Origin: Allocoleopsis franciscana PCC 7113
GTDB taxonomy: Bacteria > Cyanobacteriota > Cyanobacteriia > Cyanobacteriales > Coleofasciculaceae
DNA length: 64,000 nucleotides
Assembly: GCF_000317515.1 (NCBI RefSeq)
Contig: NC_019738.1
Span: 1,937,623-2,001,622, forward strand
Direction: 5' to 3'
The notes under the pieces are model-generated. The model saw only the letters and a program-made list of their open reading frames with translations. It searched no databases and was not told where the DNA came from. The position numbers and the translations under genes were made by a program. Of the stretch, positions 9,977 to 20,680 are shown in pieces. How positions within the stretch are numbered: position 1 is the stretch's first letter; each line of letters begins with the position of its first letter.

Positions 9977-10423
9977 CTAACTATACTGAAATTCAGGCGG
10001 TTCATTGAGCATTAGCCAGTATAGGTTAAGAGTCCTCAACATTTCTACTAAAGCCGTGAAACCAATCGGTTTGACTAAATAGGAATTAACCCCTAAATCA
10101 TAAGATTGGTTGACATCAAGGGTTTCCCTGGAAGACGTCAACATAATCACCGGCAGGCGTTTGAGGTCGGGTTGCTGTCGTATCCATTCTAGGACTTCAT
10201 GACCTGAGCGGCGGGGAAGCTTTAGGTCTAGTAACATAAGCATGGGCAGGGGGTAGCATTCTCGGTCTGAGTATTCTCCTTCACCACTGAGGTAGAGAAC
10301 CGCTGCATCTCCATCTCTAACGATTTGTAGGGAAATATGGGATAAATCGGCTTGACGAAAGGCACGTTGAATTAGAAGAATATCAGCAGGATTATCTTCT
10401 ACGATCAAAATTGTCTGTGTCAT
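9977..10423 (-). CDS. Single-domain CheY-like response regulator
   Basis: MTQTILIVEDNPADILLIQRAF...LDLKLP is a receiver domain with no output domain. Confidence 0.8.
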   Translation of the reverse strand: MTQTILIVEDNPADILLIQRAFRQADLSHISLQIVRDGDAAVLYLSGEGEYSDRECYPLPMLMLLDLKLPRRSGHEVLEWIRQQPDLKRLPVIMLTSSRETLDVNQSYDLGVNSYLVKPIGFTALVEMLRTLNLYWLMLNEPPEFQYS

Positions 10424-10793
10424 CCTTCTTAAGACATCTTCATTAGCTTAACTTCAGCCTAGGAGATGTCAGCTCATTTGCTAAACATGTCTCGTTTTGT
10501 ACAGGAATACTCAACTTGACCCCAAATCGACTGCCTTGACCGAGTTGAAATTCTACTCTGACTCTGTCCCTGATCGGTTTAATCCCTTTCTCCATCTTCT
10601 TCCATCTTTCCCTACCATGACTCATCGCACCCCATTGGATTACATGTCCACTAGAGTTGAGCATGTAATCTTAATGTCAAGCAATTTTAGCCCAAATGAA
10701 AGGCGTAAATTTCTTAATTTAATTCTCTGTTAATAGCTCTCAAATAAACCATATTTTTTTTGATTGATTGTTGACGAAAATCCTTCTTGAGCT

Positions 10794-11237
10794 TTATCGG
10801 TTTGCCATCGGCTCTTTAACATTATGGAGAGTGGAATCCAGCTCTTCAATTTCTGGTTCAGTAGCCTGAAGATGTTTCTCTAAAATGGCTAGATTGCGGA
10901 TATTCGACTTGTAATAAGCGTCGAACAGGTCACCAACCAGAGGTACTGTACCCACAACGGCTTCTAGACCAATATTCAATATCATTTTCTGGATATCTTT
11001 ACTGGGAATACCGAGGCGAGTTGCTAGATAAATAATGTAAGCCGAAAAAGATGTACTAATTAAGTCCCCTGCACCCGGTATTAGACCGATAATTGGGTCT
11101 AACCCAATACGAAATTTGGTGCCAGGGATACCAATGGCTGTATCCATCAAGCGGCTGAGCTTGCGGATACGATTAAGAGTTGCTACACGTTCTAGAGTAT
11201 TCATAAAAGTAATAGTGGCACAGATTAATCCGCCCAC
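10794..11237 (-). CDS. DUF4112 family membrane-associated protein
   Basis: AIGIPGTKFRIGLDPIIGLIPGAGDLIS...VPLVGDLFDAYYKSNIRN matches the DUF4112 conserved core. Confidence 0.6.
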   Translation of the reverse strand: MGGLICATITFMNTLERVATLNRIRKLSRLMDTAIGIPGTKFRIGLDPIIGLIPGAGDLISTSFSAYIIYLATRLGIPSKDIQKMILNIGLEAVVGTVPLVGDLFDAYYKSNIRNLAILEKHLQATEPEIEELDSTLHNVKEPMANR

Positions 11238-12070
11238 CTTTCTACCCGAAGAATGAATTTAGCACCAGTAGGAAGGGTGAAGCACAACACAACTATCATC
11301 TCCAGGTTGATTAATCTTTAGTATTAAACTGATTAATCTTTAATATTAAACAAGTATATAGGGCGAAGAGGCGAAAAATCGGGTTTCAAGGCTGGGCTTT
11401 GGCACCTGAATACGGGCTTAACAATTCGAGAGGTTTGCTTTTCTTTTTTTTATATTTTCTTTATTATTTTAGTTCATAGATTCAGGTAAAATAGCTTATT
11501 TTAAATTCAAGAAATAACAATAGTTTAGCCAATTCCATCTAAAGAATGACTGGGATTCTGCCTCTAGAGTGAGAAAGAAATGACGAAAAAATTGGTAACT
11601 TTAGAGACGAAAAGAAAAGGTACTGGATGGGAGTTTAACCGCTGCGACCCATAGTTGTACATCAAAACAGAGCGATGTTAGATGTACAAACAGTGCATAT
11701 AGTTAGCTGACATCAACGGTGTGGAGTTTCTATCGATTTCTCCACTTTGTAACTACCGATGAGGGACTAAAATTCCCAGCAGAGCGGTCATTGGTAGGAG
11801 ACGTAAGGATGTCATCATAAAAACGCAATTAAGACGCCCATTCCGTCTTGGCTCAACTTGGCCCAAGGCGGAATGGCCGTATCAGGGAAAACAGATGTTA
11901 ATCAGGGAGCGTCTAAGCTGTTACGCATCTAATTTGCTTGTTGAGGCGGCGGGGGAGCAGAGCCGGAGCTCATACGAGGACAGAGGAGCGGATGTGAACT
12001 GTTTTATCCTGTGTTGAGAATGTGCAAGTTAAATGCGCTTTAGCTTACAAATGTTTAAATGCGCGATCGC

Positions 12071-12799
12071 TTATGCATGAATTCGACCATCAGGTAAGAT
12101 AGCTCCAGACAAATTGGCTCCTGTTAATTTGACCAAAATTCGATCGCCAGACCCAATTTTAGCCCCCCTTAAGTCAGCGCCACTTAAATCAGCGCCACTC
12201 AAATCGGCTCCAATTAAGTTAGCCTCTCTTAAATTAGCTTGATTCAGGTTCGCTTGAAAGAGATTCGCTCTAAAAAGATTTGCCTTTTCCAAATTCGCTC
12301 CCTGAAGATTAACCTTATGCAAAAAACTATCACTTAAGTTGGCATTACTGAGATTGGCATGACTCAAATTGCGTCCTGACAAATCTTTTTCTTTTAAGTC
12401 AACACCTCGAAAGTCAGCTCCACTCAAATCAGGATTGGGCGTTCGAGTTTGGGAGGAAGATTGCGATCGCGATTGTGCAGTCGTTTCCCTTTGGGAGTAT
12501 CGCGGTTGGGAGCGGGGTGGTGTATATTGAGCTCGTTGCGGTGCAGGAGAAGGCGATCGCGTAGTTTGTGCTGTTGGCTTGTGACCCTTGCGTCGAGCTA
12601 AACGCAACTGATCGCGAGCGTGATTAATCTCCTTGAGTTTTTCCGCCGCTTTTTCCCGCAGCCGAGAATTATCGCTTGGGACGCGATCAGGATGCCAAAT
12701 AAACGCCAAATCTTTATAAGCCTGGTTCACCTCTTCGAGAGAGGCTCCCGGCTCTAACCCCAATATTCTATAGCAATGATCTAGCTCGTTCATCACCAC
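12071..12799 (-). CDS. J-domain protein with C-terminal pentapeptide repeats
   Basis: DnaJ domain CYRILGLEPGASLEEVNQAYKDLAFIWHPDR with an HPD motif. A Ser/Thr/Pro/Gln-rich linker follows, then more than 15 A(N/D)LSx pentapeptide repeats. Confidence 0.8.
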   Translation of the reverse strand: MVMNELDHCYRILGLEPGASLEEVNQAYKDLAFIWHPDRVPSDNSRLREKAAEKLKEINHARDQLRLARRKGHKPTAQTTRSPSPAPQRAQYTPPRSQPRYSQRETTAQSRSQSSSQTRTPNPDLSGADFRGVDLKEKDLSGRNLSHANLSNANLSDSFLHKVNLQGANLEKANLFRANLFQANLNQANLREANLIGADLSGADLSGADLRGAKIGSGDRILVKLTGANLSGAILPDGRIHA

Positions 12800-13354
12800 C
12801 TTCCTTAAACCGCCTCAACACTAGGCTCCAATCATCTGTGCCACAATCTTGCCTAAATTCATCACCCCAGGTAATCCTGCACCCGGATGAGTTCCCGCAC
12901 CAACTCAGTAGAGATTGGGTAGATTTTCCACTGGGGTTGGGGAGCATCTCAAATGTACACATTTAAACAAAGGGAAGGAAAATTGATCCCTAAATACATA
13001 CTCCTCAGCTCCTTAGCTCCTCCGCTCCTCCGCTCCCCCCAAGTAACTATTCACAGTATCGCGGAAGTGCAGGGAATCAATAGAGTGTTCTGTAACGATA
13101 TGTTGAGTTCAGGAAGCTCCACTCCCCCCACTCTCCCAATCAAAGAGGCATTAGCCTCTATCCAACTAAGGGAAGTTGGGTACTGCTGTTGTAGTGTGGT
13201 GTAATGGAAGCGTAGGGGTTTCCCAGTATAGCGACCAGCCGTAGTTGATTCAAAACTCAGTTGGTACCGAGGCTGGGGAATCTTATATAGCATTACGCTA
13301 GTTTTTGACTGTCACGGCTCTTGCATCCTCAGACTCTATCTTTAAAAACCTTTC

Positions 13355-14038
13355 ATGCAGACTAAAGCTTTTAATGAGCTTTTCCCACTGTTTAATACGG
13401 CTAACCCAGAGACATTAGAATGGCTCCTGTCTGTTGTAGTCGAACACGAGTATCCGGCAGGGAGAGCGGTTCTCATGGAAGATGCCTGGGGCAACGCAGT
13501 TTACTTTGTTGTCTCCGGCTGGGTGAAAGTACGACGCCTTTATGGAGAAAACGTTGTGACTCTAGCAATTTTGGGTCAGGGTGATTTTTTTGGGGAAATG
13601 GCAATTCTCGATGAATCTCCCCGCTCAACCGATGTTCTTGCCCTTTCTGACGTAAAATTACTCAGCGTCTCTGCCCAACGCTTCATTCAAACCCTGTTTA
13701 AAGACCCTCAATTACACCATCGCATGTTGCAACTGATGGTGCGGCGGCTACGTCAAACCAACATCCGCCTGCAACGACGCCATCAGCCACCCGCTGTCAA
13801 GTTAGTCAGTACGTTGGTTAGCTTGGCAGAAAACTATGGTCAACCCACAGAAAAGGGAACAGAAATCTTTAACTTCCCCTATAAAGACTTGGCAGATATT
13901 TCAGACATCAGTGCCGACGATACCGCCAAAATTATGGACAAGCTCGATAGTAAGGGCTGGATTAACATTGACCCGGAAAATCAGACACTGTGCCTACTCA
14001 ATATCAAGCAACTGGCTCATTTGGCAGGACGTGTTTAG
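13355..14038 (+). CDS. Crp/Fnr-family transcriptional regulator (cNMP-binding plus C-terminal HTH)
   Basis: GDFFGEMAIL cyclic-nucleotide-binding signature. C-terminal HTH YKDLADISDISADDTAKIMDKL. Confidence 0.8.
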   Translation: MQTKAFNELFPLFNTANPETLEWLLSVVVEHEYPAGRAVLMEDAWGNAVYFVVSGWVKVRRLYGENVVTLAILGQGDFFGEMAILDESPRSTDVLALSDVKLLSVSAQRFIQTLFKDPQLHHRMLQLMVRRLRQTNIRLQRRHQPPAVKLVSTLVSLAENYGQPTEKGTEIFNFPYKDLADISDISADDTAKIMDKLDSKGWINIDPENQTLCLLNIKQLAHLAGRV

Positions 14039-14377
14039 AGAGGGCAATGGGCGAGAAAATAGTGTGGCTCAATCGTGGAACATACGGTTCTGCAAAAAGC
14101 CGTCACTCAAGACTTCCCAATGGTCTGTAAAATGCTCTCTTCGCCAGCGTAACGCCTGAAAATCTGACCATTCGCTGCGTTACGCGCAGGCTGAACACAC
14201 CCTACATCTTGCATGTAATTCAAGTTAGGTGCATCTACTTATTCCCGTCCCTCAAGCCATCGTGGAACAGAATTAGCGGGGTGGGGGAATATCCACCCTC
14301 CCCAGACAATCAACCCCTGACCACTGCTACGCTAAAAGCTAATCGCCATTTGCTTATTTGCCCAATAATTTGCCGAA

Positions 14378-16162
14378 ATGACAGAAGCCACAACCTTTCG
14401 CCCCAGCAGCTTACTCACCACCGCACCGTCCATTCACTACCAAGTGGCGATGCCTCAGCCAGAATCGCACCTATTTGAGGTGACGCTTTTCGTGAAAGGC
14501 TGGCAGGAACCTGTGCTGGATTTAAAATTGCCTGTTTGGACTCCAGGTTCTTATCTAGTGCGGGAGTATGCGAAACATCTCCAAGACTTTTCTGCTGAAA
14601 CGGGTGAGCAACGACAGCGTTTGCTTTCACGAAAAATCAGCAAAAATCACTGGCAAATTGAGACGGCAGATACCTCAGAAATGACTGTTCGTTACCGCGT
14701 TTTTGCCAATGAACTCTCCGTGCGAACGAATCATTTAGATGCCACTCATGGCTATTTTAATGGGGCGGCGCTGTTCCTTTTTATCCCCGGATGGGAACAT
14801 CAACCCATTCGGGTAACTATTACACCACCCAAACCCGATTGGCAGGTTACGACTCCCTTGCCATCGCTTCCTGGAGAAGCCAACACCTTCGAGGCGGCAG
14901 ATTTCGATACCCTGGTCGATAGCCCGTTTGAAATTGGTTCTCAGCAACTGTATAACTTTCAAGTGTTGGGGAAACCCCATCAACTCGCCATCTGGGGACA
15001 GGGAAACGCTGACCCAGAGAGAATTATAGAGGACACGAAGCAGATTATTGAAGTGGAAGCCGAGTTATTTGGAGGCTTACCCTATGACCGCTATCTGTTT
15101 CTCTTGCATCTCTCCTCTGGTGGCTTCGGCGGTTTGGAACATAAGGATTCTTGTTCGTTAAATTACTCCCGTTTTGGATTTCGGGCGAAGGAGAAATATA
15201 ACCGCTTCATTCAATTAGTTGCCCACGAATTCTTTCACCTCTGGAATGTCAAGCGAATTCGCCCCAAAGCGCTAGAAAAATTTAATTACGAACAGGAAAA
15301 TTACACCACTTCTTTGTGGTTTTCTGAAGGAACGACGAGTTACTACGATATGGTGATTCCCTTCAGAGCAAAGATTTATGATGCTAAGAATTTGTTAGAA
15401 AACTTGAGTAAGGAAATTACTCAATTCCAATCTATACCCGGTCGTAAAGTCCAGCCGCTGAGTGAGTCGAGTTTTGATGCTTGGATTAAGCTTTATCGAC
15501 GGGATGCAAATAGCAATAATTCCCAGATTTCCTACTACTTGAAGGGGGAAATGGTTTCATTCTTGTTGGATTTGCTCATTCGGGCGCGACATGGAAATCA
15601 GCGATCGCTTGATGATGTGATGCGCCAAATGTGGCAGCGTTTCGGCATCAAGGAAATTGGCTTTACTCCCCAACAACTACGGGATGTGTTCGAGTCGGTG
15701 GCACAGACGGATTTAAGCGATTTCTTTAACCGTTACATCGATGGCACCGATGAATTAGCCTTTGATGAGTACCTCGAACCTTTTGGTTTGCGCCTATTGA
15801 GTGTGGAATCAGGGGAAAGTGTACCTCACTTAGGCGTAAATGTGAATTCAGACAATGGTAAAACCCTTATCCAATTTGTCGAAGCTGCTTCTCCCGCCGC
15901 TGTGGCAGGAGTCGATGCGGGAGACGAATTGTTAGCCCTTAATGGTTGGCGGGTAACGGCTGAACAATTAAGCGATCGCCTCAAAGATTACAAGGTGGGT
16001 GACACCATCCAGTTGAGCGTTTTCCACCAGGAAGAGCTCCGCACATTACCCGTTACCTTAGCTGCACCACGCCCCAGTCGTTACCAAATTGTGCCAGTGG
16101 AGAAGCCTTCCGATGCCCAGAGACAGAGCTTTACTGGGTGGCTGGGAACTTGGAATTGGTGA
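14378..16162 (+). CDS. M61 glycyl-aminopeptidase-family metallopeptidase with C-terminal PDZ domain
   Basis: HEFFHLWNV (HEXXH), plus a PDZ-like segment GVNVNSDNGKTLIQFVEAASPAAVAGVDAGDELLALNG. 594 aa. Confidence 0.75.
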   Translation: MTEATTFRPSSLLTTAPSIHYQVAMPQPESHLFEVTLFVKGWQEPVLDLKLPVWTPGSYLVREYAKHLQDFSAETGEQRQRLLSRKISKNHWQIETADTSEMTVRYRVFANELSVRTNHLDATHGYFNGAALFLFIPGWEHQPIRVTITPPKPDWQVTTPLPSLPGEANTFEAADFDTLVDSPFEIGSQQLYNFQVLGKPHQLAIWGQGNADPERIIEDTKQIIEVEAELFGGLPYDRYLFLLHLSSGGFGGLEHKDSCSLNYSRFGFRAKEKYNRFIQLVAHEFFHLWNVKRIRPKALEKFNYEQENYTTSLWFSEGTTSYYDMVIPFRAKIYDAKNLLENLSKEITQFQSIPGRKVQPLSESSFDAWIKLYRRDANSNNSQISYYLKGEMVSFLLDLLIRARHGNQRSLDDVMRQMWQRFGIKEIGFTPQQLRDVFESVAQTDLSDFFNRYIDGTDELAFDEYLEPFGLRLLSVESGESVPHLGVNVNSDNGKTLIQFVEAASPAAVAGVDAGDELLALNGWRVTAEQLSDRLKDYKVGDTIQLSVFHQEELRTLPVTLAAPRPSRYQIVPVEKPSDAQRQSFTGWLGTWNW

Positions 16163-16271
16163 TTGTAGGAAAGGACGATTCAGCTCATCCCTCGCCTTGA
16201 AAAGCGGGGGATTTCACCAACCCAAAGATTAGCATGAGTTTGTGTAGCGGTAGTGATATTAAGAGCAAAGC

Positions 16272-17012
16272 TTACCCTCTGTTTCTAAAACCGCCCTGAC
16301 GATACCAGCGCATTAGTTGAGTAGGAGAAATTCCCAGAAAATAGCCAGCAATAATCAGTTGGTTCATCAGCGTGGTTTTTAGTACCCCTAACTTTTGCCA
16401 ACGGCGTCCCGAAGTAAGTACAGAGGCTGAAACAAGGGTGATTTTTCCTTCCTGTTTCAATTGCCGCATCAATTCAAAGTCTTCCATAATTGGTAACTCT
16501 GGAAAACCACCGATTTCATCAAAAGTGGTGGCTTTGAGAAAGATAGCCTGGTCACCATAGGGCATGGAAAAAATGCGCGATCGCATATTTACTATCTTCT
16601 CAATCAACCGTAGCCCTCGCAAGTCGGAATCAATTCTCAATTCAAATGCCCCAGCAATAGTGCTGGGGTTTTCTAGCGATTGGCGGACTAAGGTATCAAA
16701 CTTAGAGGGCAAATGGGTGTCAGCGTGAAGAAATAACAAAATATCACCTGTCGCGATCGCTGCACCTGCATTCATTTGATTCGCACGACCGGCTGCCGCT
16801 GAAATCACTTTAATCTCTGACAAGGGCGCGAATCTGCCACAGCAGCGATGGGCTAACTCCACCGTTTCATCCCGACTTCCCCCATCGACTACGATGACTT
16901 CTATATCCGAGACATCCTGAAGCCGAGTGAGTGTTGCCTCAATTGTCGTCGCTTCATTGAGAACGGGAATGATAATGGAAATTTTGGCAGCTTTCATGCA
17001 GCGTTTGGTCAT
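16272..17012 (-). CDS. Family-2 glycosyltransferase (TIGR04283-like, partner of DUF2064)
   Basis: IIIPVLNEATTIEATLTRL...VIVVDGGSRDETVELA is a GT2 DXD region. Confidence 0.7.
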   Translation of the reverse strand: MTKRCMKAAKISIIIPVLNEATTIEATLTRLQDVSDIEVIVVDGGSRDETVELAHRCCGRFAPLSEIKVISAAAGRANQMNAGAAIATGDILLFLHADTHLPSKFDTLVRQSLENPSTIAGAFELRIDSDLRGLRLIEKIVNMRSRIFSMPYGDQAIFLKATTFDEIGGFPELPIMEDFELMRQLKQEGKITLVSASVLTSGRRWQKLGVLKTTLMNQLIIAGYFLGISPTQLMRWYRQGGFRNRG

Positions 17013-17200
17013 TAAAAGAGCAAGAACACAGGTTTTGCACGGCGAAGCCTCCTGAACCCGTCATTTCTGTTTGACAACGGGTGACTAAAAACTCACCATT
17101 CTTGCTGTGTTCTTATTGAGTTTTCAGGCGCAACATCCGGTAATCAGGGAGTTGAGCCTCTCAATTATGCAAGTTCAATAGACCACAATCAGAAAACGAC

Positions 17201-17824
17201 CTAAAGATGGGCTTGCTGCCAAACCCATAAATCCTCTGGGCGATCGACATCACTGAGTAGAGGCAACTTAGCAACAGTTAACCCAAGCCTCTGAGTAATA
17301 CTAAGTGTTTGTTGCAAAACCTCAGCCGTACTCCAAGGAATACCTGTAAAAAGTTCTGGAATCAACCGACGCAGCCCAATCAGATAATAGCCCCCATCCA
17401 GTGCCGGCCCAAGTACCAAGTCATGCTGACGCAATAACTGAAACGCTTCTACCATCAGGGGGGCATTCAATTCAGGGCAATCAGTACCGATAAGAACCAC
17501 AGCCGTCATTCCAGCCGAAAAAGAGGCTTGAAACGCTGATGCCATGCGATCGCCAATATCGCCTTCACTTTGGCATCGGTAGACCCAATTTAACCCCAAC
17601 CATTCTTGCATCAACTGCTCGTTTCCACCTGAAAAATGGACTTCCACCGATAGGGGATAAAAAGTTAGGAGTTGATTCACTTCAGCTAGCTTTTGTTCTG
17701 TCATCTGACGCTGAAGTGTTGCCGCACCTTCTGCGCCCAACAATGGGATGAGTCGTGTTTTCGTTTTTCCGGGTTCTGGGTAGCGGGTGAAAAGAATTAG
17801 GCATTCTGTAGCTGATTGAATCAC
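17201..17824 (-). CDS. DUF2064 (TIGR04282) glycosyltransferase-like protein
   Basis: LILFTRYPEPGKTKTRLIPLLG...ALDGGYYLIGL is the DUF2064 signature. It sits adjacent to the GT2 gene, as is commonly conserved. Confidence 0.65.
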   Translation of the reverse strand: MIQSATECLILFTRYPEPGKTKTRLIPLLGAEGAATLQRQMTEQKLAEVNQLLTFYPLSVEVHFSGGNEQLMQEWLGLNWVYRCQSEGDIGDRMASAFQASFSAGMTAVVLIGTDCPELNAPLMVEAFQLLRQHDLVLGPALDGGYYLIGLRRLIPELFTGIPWSTAEVLQQTLSITQRLGLTVAKLPLLSDVDRPEDLWVWQQAHL

Positions 17825-18139
17825 AATCTTTCAACAGTCAATCGATATAAAACACATCCAAAAGGCGATCACCTTTTTGTTACCTAGAATGGTGGAGTGC
17901 GATCACAGTGTTAGGGTTTGGAAAGAGAGAGGGCGATCGCTCTTGTGAGAGGACAGTGTGATCGCATTTCCTGTATAACGTGCGCTCTGCTTGGCAGCAG
18001 CGCTTCGCTATCGCCTATGGGCGTGAAGGTGCGATGAACATGAACAATTGCATTTGGAAAAATATCAGCCCAACCCGCTCTGTAGGGGCGGTGCCTCCTC
18101 GTATGAGCTCCGGGTGCCCGCCCCACCACTGTGGTTGCT

Positions 18140-19114
18140 CTACACACTCATTTCTAACATTCGCTGAATCGGTCGTAGAGCTGCTACTTGTATCTCTTCG
18201 GGTAGTGTAATTTCTGGTTGACGGTTCTTCATCGCAAGATACAGTTTTTCCAGCGTATTAAGCCGCATGAAGGGACACTCATTACAGGCACAATTGCTCT
18301 CCGGTGGTGCTGGGATGAAGCGTTTACCCGGTGCTTGCTTTTGCATTTGGTGAATAATTCCCGGTTCCGTCGCCACAATAAAAGTCTGATTGGAACTGGC
18401 TTGAGAATACTTCAACAATGCAGTTGTCGAGCCAATATAACTGGCGTGACGTAGTACCGAGGGTTCACATTCCGGGTGAGCAATTACTTCCGCCTCTGGA
18501 TGTTCAATTTTGAGCTGAACAATCTTACGTTCTGAGAAGGTTTCATGGACAATACAGCTACCCTGCCATAATACAAGGTCTCGTCCCGTTTGTTCCGCCA
18601 CATAGCGCCCTAAATTGCGATCGGGGGCAAAAATAATCGGTTGTTCTTTGGGAATTTGGTTAACAATTTTGACGGCATTGGAGCTGGTACAAATGATGTC
18701 GCTCATTGCCTTGATTTCGGCAGAGCAGTTGATATAAGAAACGACCAAATGATTGGGATGAGCGGCCTTAAATTCGGCAAAAGCATCGGGTGGACAACTA
18801 TCAGCGAGTGAGCAACCCGCCTCTAAATCGGGCAACAACACCAGTTTGTCAGGATTGAGGATTTTGGCGGTTTCTGCCATGAAGTGGACACCGACAAAGA
18901 CAATCACATCGGCATCGGTGTTGGCGGCTTTGCGGGAAAGTTCGAGGGAATCGCCAATGTAGTCTGCGATATCTTGAAGGTCAGGGTCTTGGTAGTAGTG
19001 AGCCAGCAAGACGGCATTGAGTTCTTTTTTGAGGGTACCAATCGCTTCAAATAGGTCGTCAGGTAAGGCACCAGTCTGGGCAGAGTCTCGTTGGGCAAGT
19101 GCAGTGGTAAACAC
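18140..19114 (-). CDS. nadA: Quinolinate synthase A
   Basis: 324 aa. ...[11 protein letters not shown]...[12 protein letters not shown]...AHPECEP carries the conserved NadA motifs and Cys ligands. Confidence 0.88.
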   Translation of the reverse strand: MFTTALAQRDSAQTGALPDDLFEAIGTLKKELNAVLLAHYYQDPDLQDIADYIGDSLELSRKAANTDADVIVFVGVHFMAETAKILNPDKLVLLPDLEAGCSLADSCPPDAFAEFKAAHPNHLVVSYINCSAEIKAMSDIICTSSNAVKIVNQIPKEQPIIFAPDRNLGRYVAEQTGRDLVLWQGSCIVHETFSERKIVQLKIEHPEAEVIAHPECEPSVLRHASYIGSTTALLKYSQASSNQTFIVATEPGIIHQMQKQAPGKRFIPAPPESNCACNECPFMRLNTLEKLYLAMKNRQPEITLPEEIQVAALRPIQRMLEMSV

Positions 19115-19355
19115 AGTTGGGAGTTGCCTTGGTTAAAAATTGCTACTTGGGGCAATTATAGTAGTTTTTACCAAAAATGGCTGGGGTCGCTAATGGTGTT
19201 GAGGCGTGACATTTTGAGGTAGGGGGACAACACCGCAAGGATGAAAAATCGAGAAATCCTTTTGTACCAAGAAATTAGGCTTCATCCTTCATACTTGTTT
19301 AATCAAAACGAGTCTGAGTTGCCTATCCTGGAAAAAGGTAGGCACAAAAAGGGAT

Positions 19356-20288
19356 ATGACCAGTTATCACATTAATCCCGTCAAAATTGCAGTTGTCGGG
19401 GACGTCCACGAGCAATGGGAAAACGAGGATGCGATCGCTCTTAAGCAGTTAGGCGTTGACCTCGTTCTATTTGTGGGAGATTTTGGCAATGAATCGGTTG
19501 AAATCGTGCGAAGGATTGCTGCTCTCGACCTTCCTAAAGCCGCAATTATGGGCAATCATGATGCCTGGTATACGGCTTCGGATTGGGGACGAAAGCGTTG
19601 CCCTTACGACCGAAACAAGGAAGATTGGGTACAGGAGCAATTAGATTTGCTGGGAGAGACTCATCTGGGTTATGGGTACTTGGATTTTCCCCAATTTCAA
19701 CTTTCTGTGGTGGGGAGTCGTCCGTTTAGTTGGGGTGGAGAAGTTTGGAAGAATCAGGAATTCTATCAAGAACGATATGGCGTTAACAGTTTTGGGGAGT
19801 CGGTTGAACGCATCGTGGCAGCAGCGCAGAGTGCGGCTTATGAGACCATTATTTTTTTAGGTCACAATGGCCCCACTGGCTTAGGTGACAAGGCTGAAGA
19901 CCCCTGTGGTCGAGACTGGCAACCTTTAGGTGGTGATCATGGTGACCCGGATTTGGCAGAAGCGATCGCACAAACTCAGGCGCTAGGTAAAAATGTTGCT
20001 TTTGTTACCTTTGGTCACATGCACCATTCTCTACGCCATACCAAAGAGCAACGACGAAAGGCAATTGTGGCGAGTCCAGAGGGGACTGTCTACTGGAATG
20101 GTGCCAGTGTCCCCCGGATTATCCAAACGGAAACGAACAGACTGCGTAATTTTTCCCTGGTGTCCCTGGAGGCGAATGGGGTTTCCCAAATCTCCCTGGT
20201 TTGGGTGGGTCAAGACTATTCAGTCGTATCTGAACAGGTGTTCTATCAACGTCCTGAAGCGGTGGAAGTGCAACCGGTTTATAGTTAG
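19356..20288 (+). CDS. Calcineurin-like metallophosphoesterase
   Basis: IAVVGDVHEQW...LVLFVGDFGNES...GNHD...GHNGP...GHMHH are the metallophosphatase motifs. Confidence 0.75.
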   Translation: MTSYHINPVKIAVVGDVHEQWENEDAIALKQLGVDLVLFVGDFGNESVEIVRRIAALDLPKAAIMGNHDAWYTASDWGRKRCPYDRNKEDWVQEQLDLLGETHLGYGYLDFPQFQLSVVGSRPFSWGGEVWKNQEFYQERYGVNSFGESVERIVAAAQSAAYETIIFLGHNGPTGLGDKAEDPCGRDWQPLGGDHGDPDLAEAIAQTQALGKNVAFVTFGHMHHSLRHTKEQRRKAIVASPEGTVYWNGASVPRIIQTETNRLRNFSLVSLEANGVSQISLVWVGQDYSVVSEQVFYQRPEAVEVQPVYS

Positions 20289-20328
20289 TTCGCCATAAGT
20301 GCCAAGGATTGATATTATAGATTAGCCC

Positions 20329-20413
20329 GGAGAGGTGGCAGAGTGGTCGAATGCGCTCGACTTGAAATCGAGTGACTCGAAAGAGTCCGTGGGTTCGAAT
20401 CCCACCCTCTCCG
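20329..20413 (+). tRNA. tRNA-Ser (anticodon UGA)
   Basis: Acceptor stem GGAGAGG/CCTCTCC. Anticodon stem-loop GCTCGA-CTTGAAA-TCGAGT, giving anticodon TGA. Long variable arm GACTCGAAAGAGTCC. T-arm GTGGGTTCGAATCCCAC. Discriminator G, no encoded CCA. Folded by eye. Confidence 0.8.
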
Positions 20414-20549
20414 TTATCCAGTGAAACAGTATTGTGAGCGATCGCTTGGTTATATTGGTTCGTGACAGTGCAAATACACAAGTCGTTGTGCGTGAATCTC
20501 TGAAAGACGGCTGAACGCTTCTTCTCTCGGTTTGGTTGCGAGAGTTTAG

Positions 20550-20680
20550 ATCCCCCCCAGCCCCCCCACCCCCCTAATCCCCCCTTGGTAAGGGGGGACA
20601 TTAGAAACGAGGGGGGAGAAAACTCTTAAAGTCCCCCTTTTTAAGCCGGAGCCGAAGGTGAGGAGATTTAGGGGGATCTA
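20550..20680. repeat. Cluster of poly-C/poly-G palindromic hairpin repeats (C6-TTGGTAA-G6 core at 20579-20597) just downstream of tRNA-Ser
   Basis: Direct reading. Related copies lie at 21021-21039, 21643-21661 (inverted loop), 22119-22137 and 48331-48349. Confidence 0.75.

Noticed and set aside
12165-12420. Apparent nucleotide tandem repeats (CAGCGCCACTTAAAT...) suggestive of a satellite
   Set aside because: They correspond to the pentapeptide-repeat coding region of the J-domain protein on the minus strand.
17911-18210. ORFs 17911-18147 (-) and 17980-18210 (+) between the DUF2064 gene and nadA
   Set aside because: Short, mutually overlapping, no ribosome-binding site, and Arg/Cys-rich odd composition. 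Treated as non-coding leader and promoter DNA.
20119-20601. 160-aa minus-strand ORF spanning the tRNA-Ser gene and the poly-C/G repeat cluster
   Set aside because: It runs antisense through a tRNA gene and through simple repeats (GGLGGWGGWGG). It is an artefact of low-complexity sequence.
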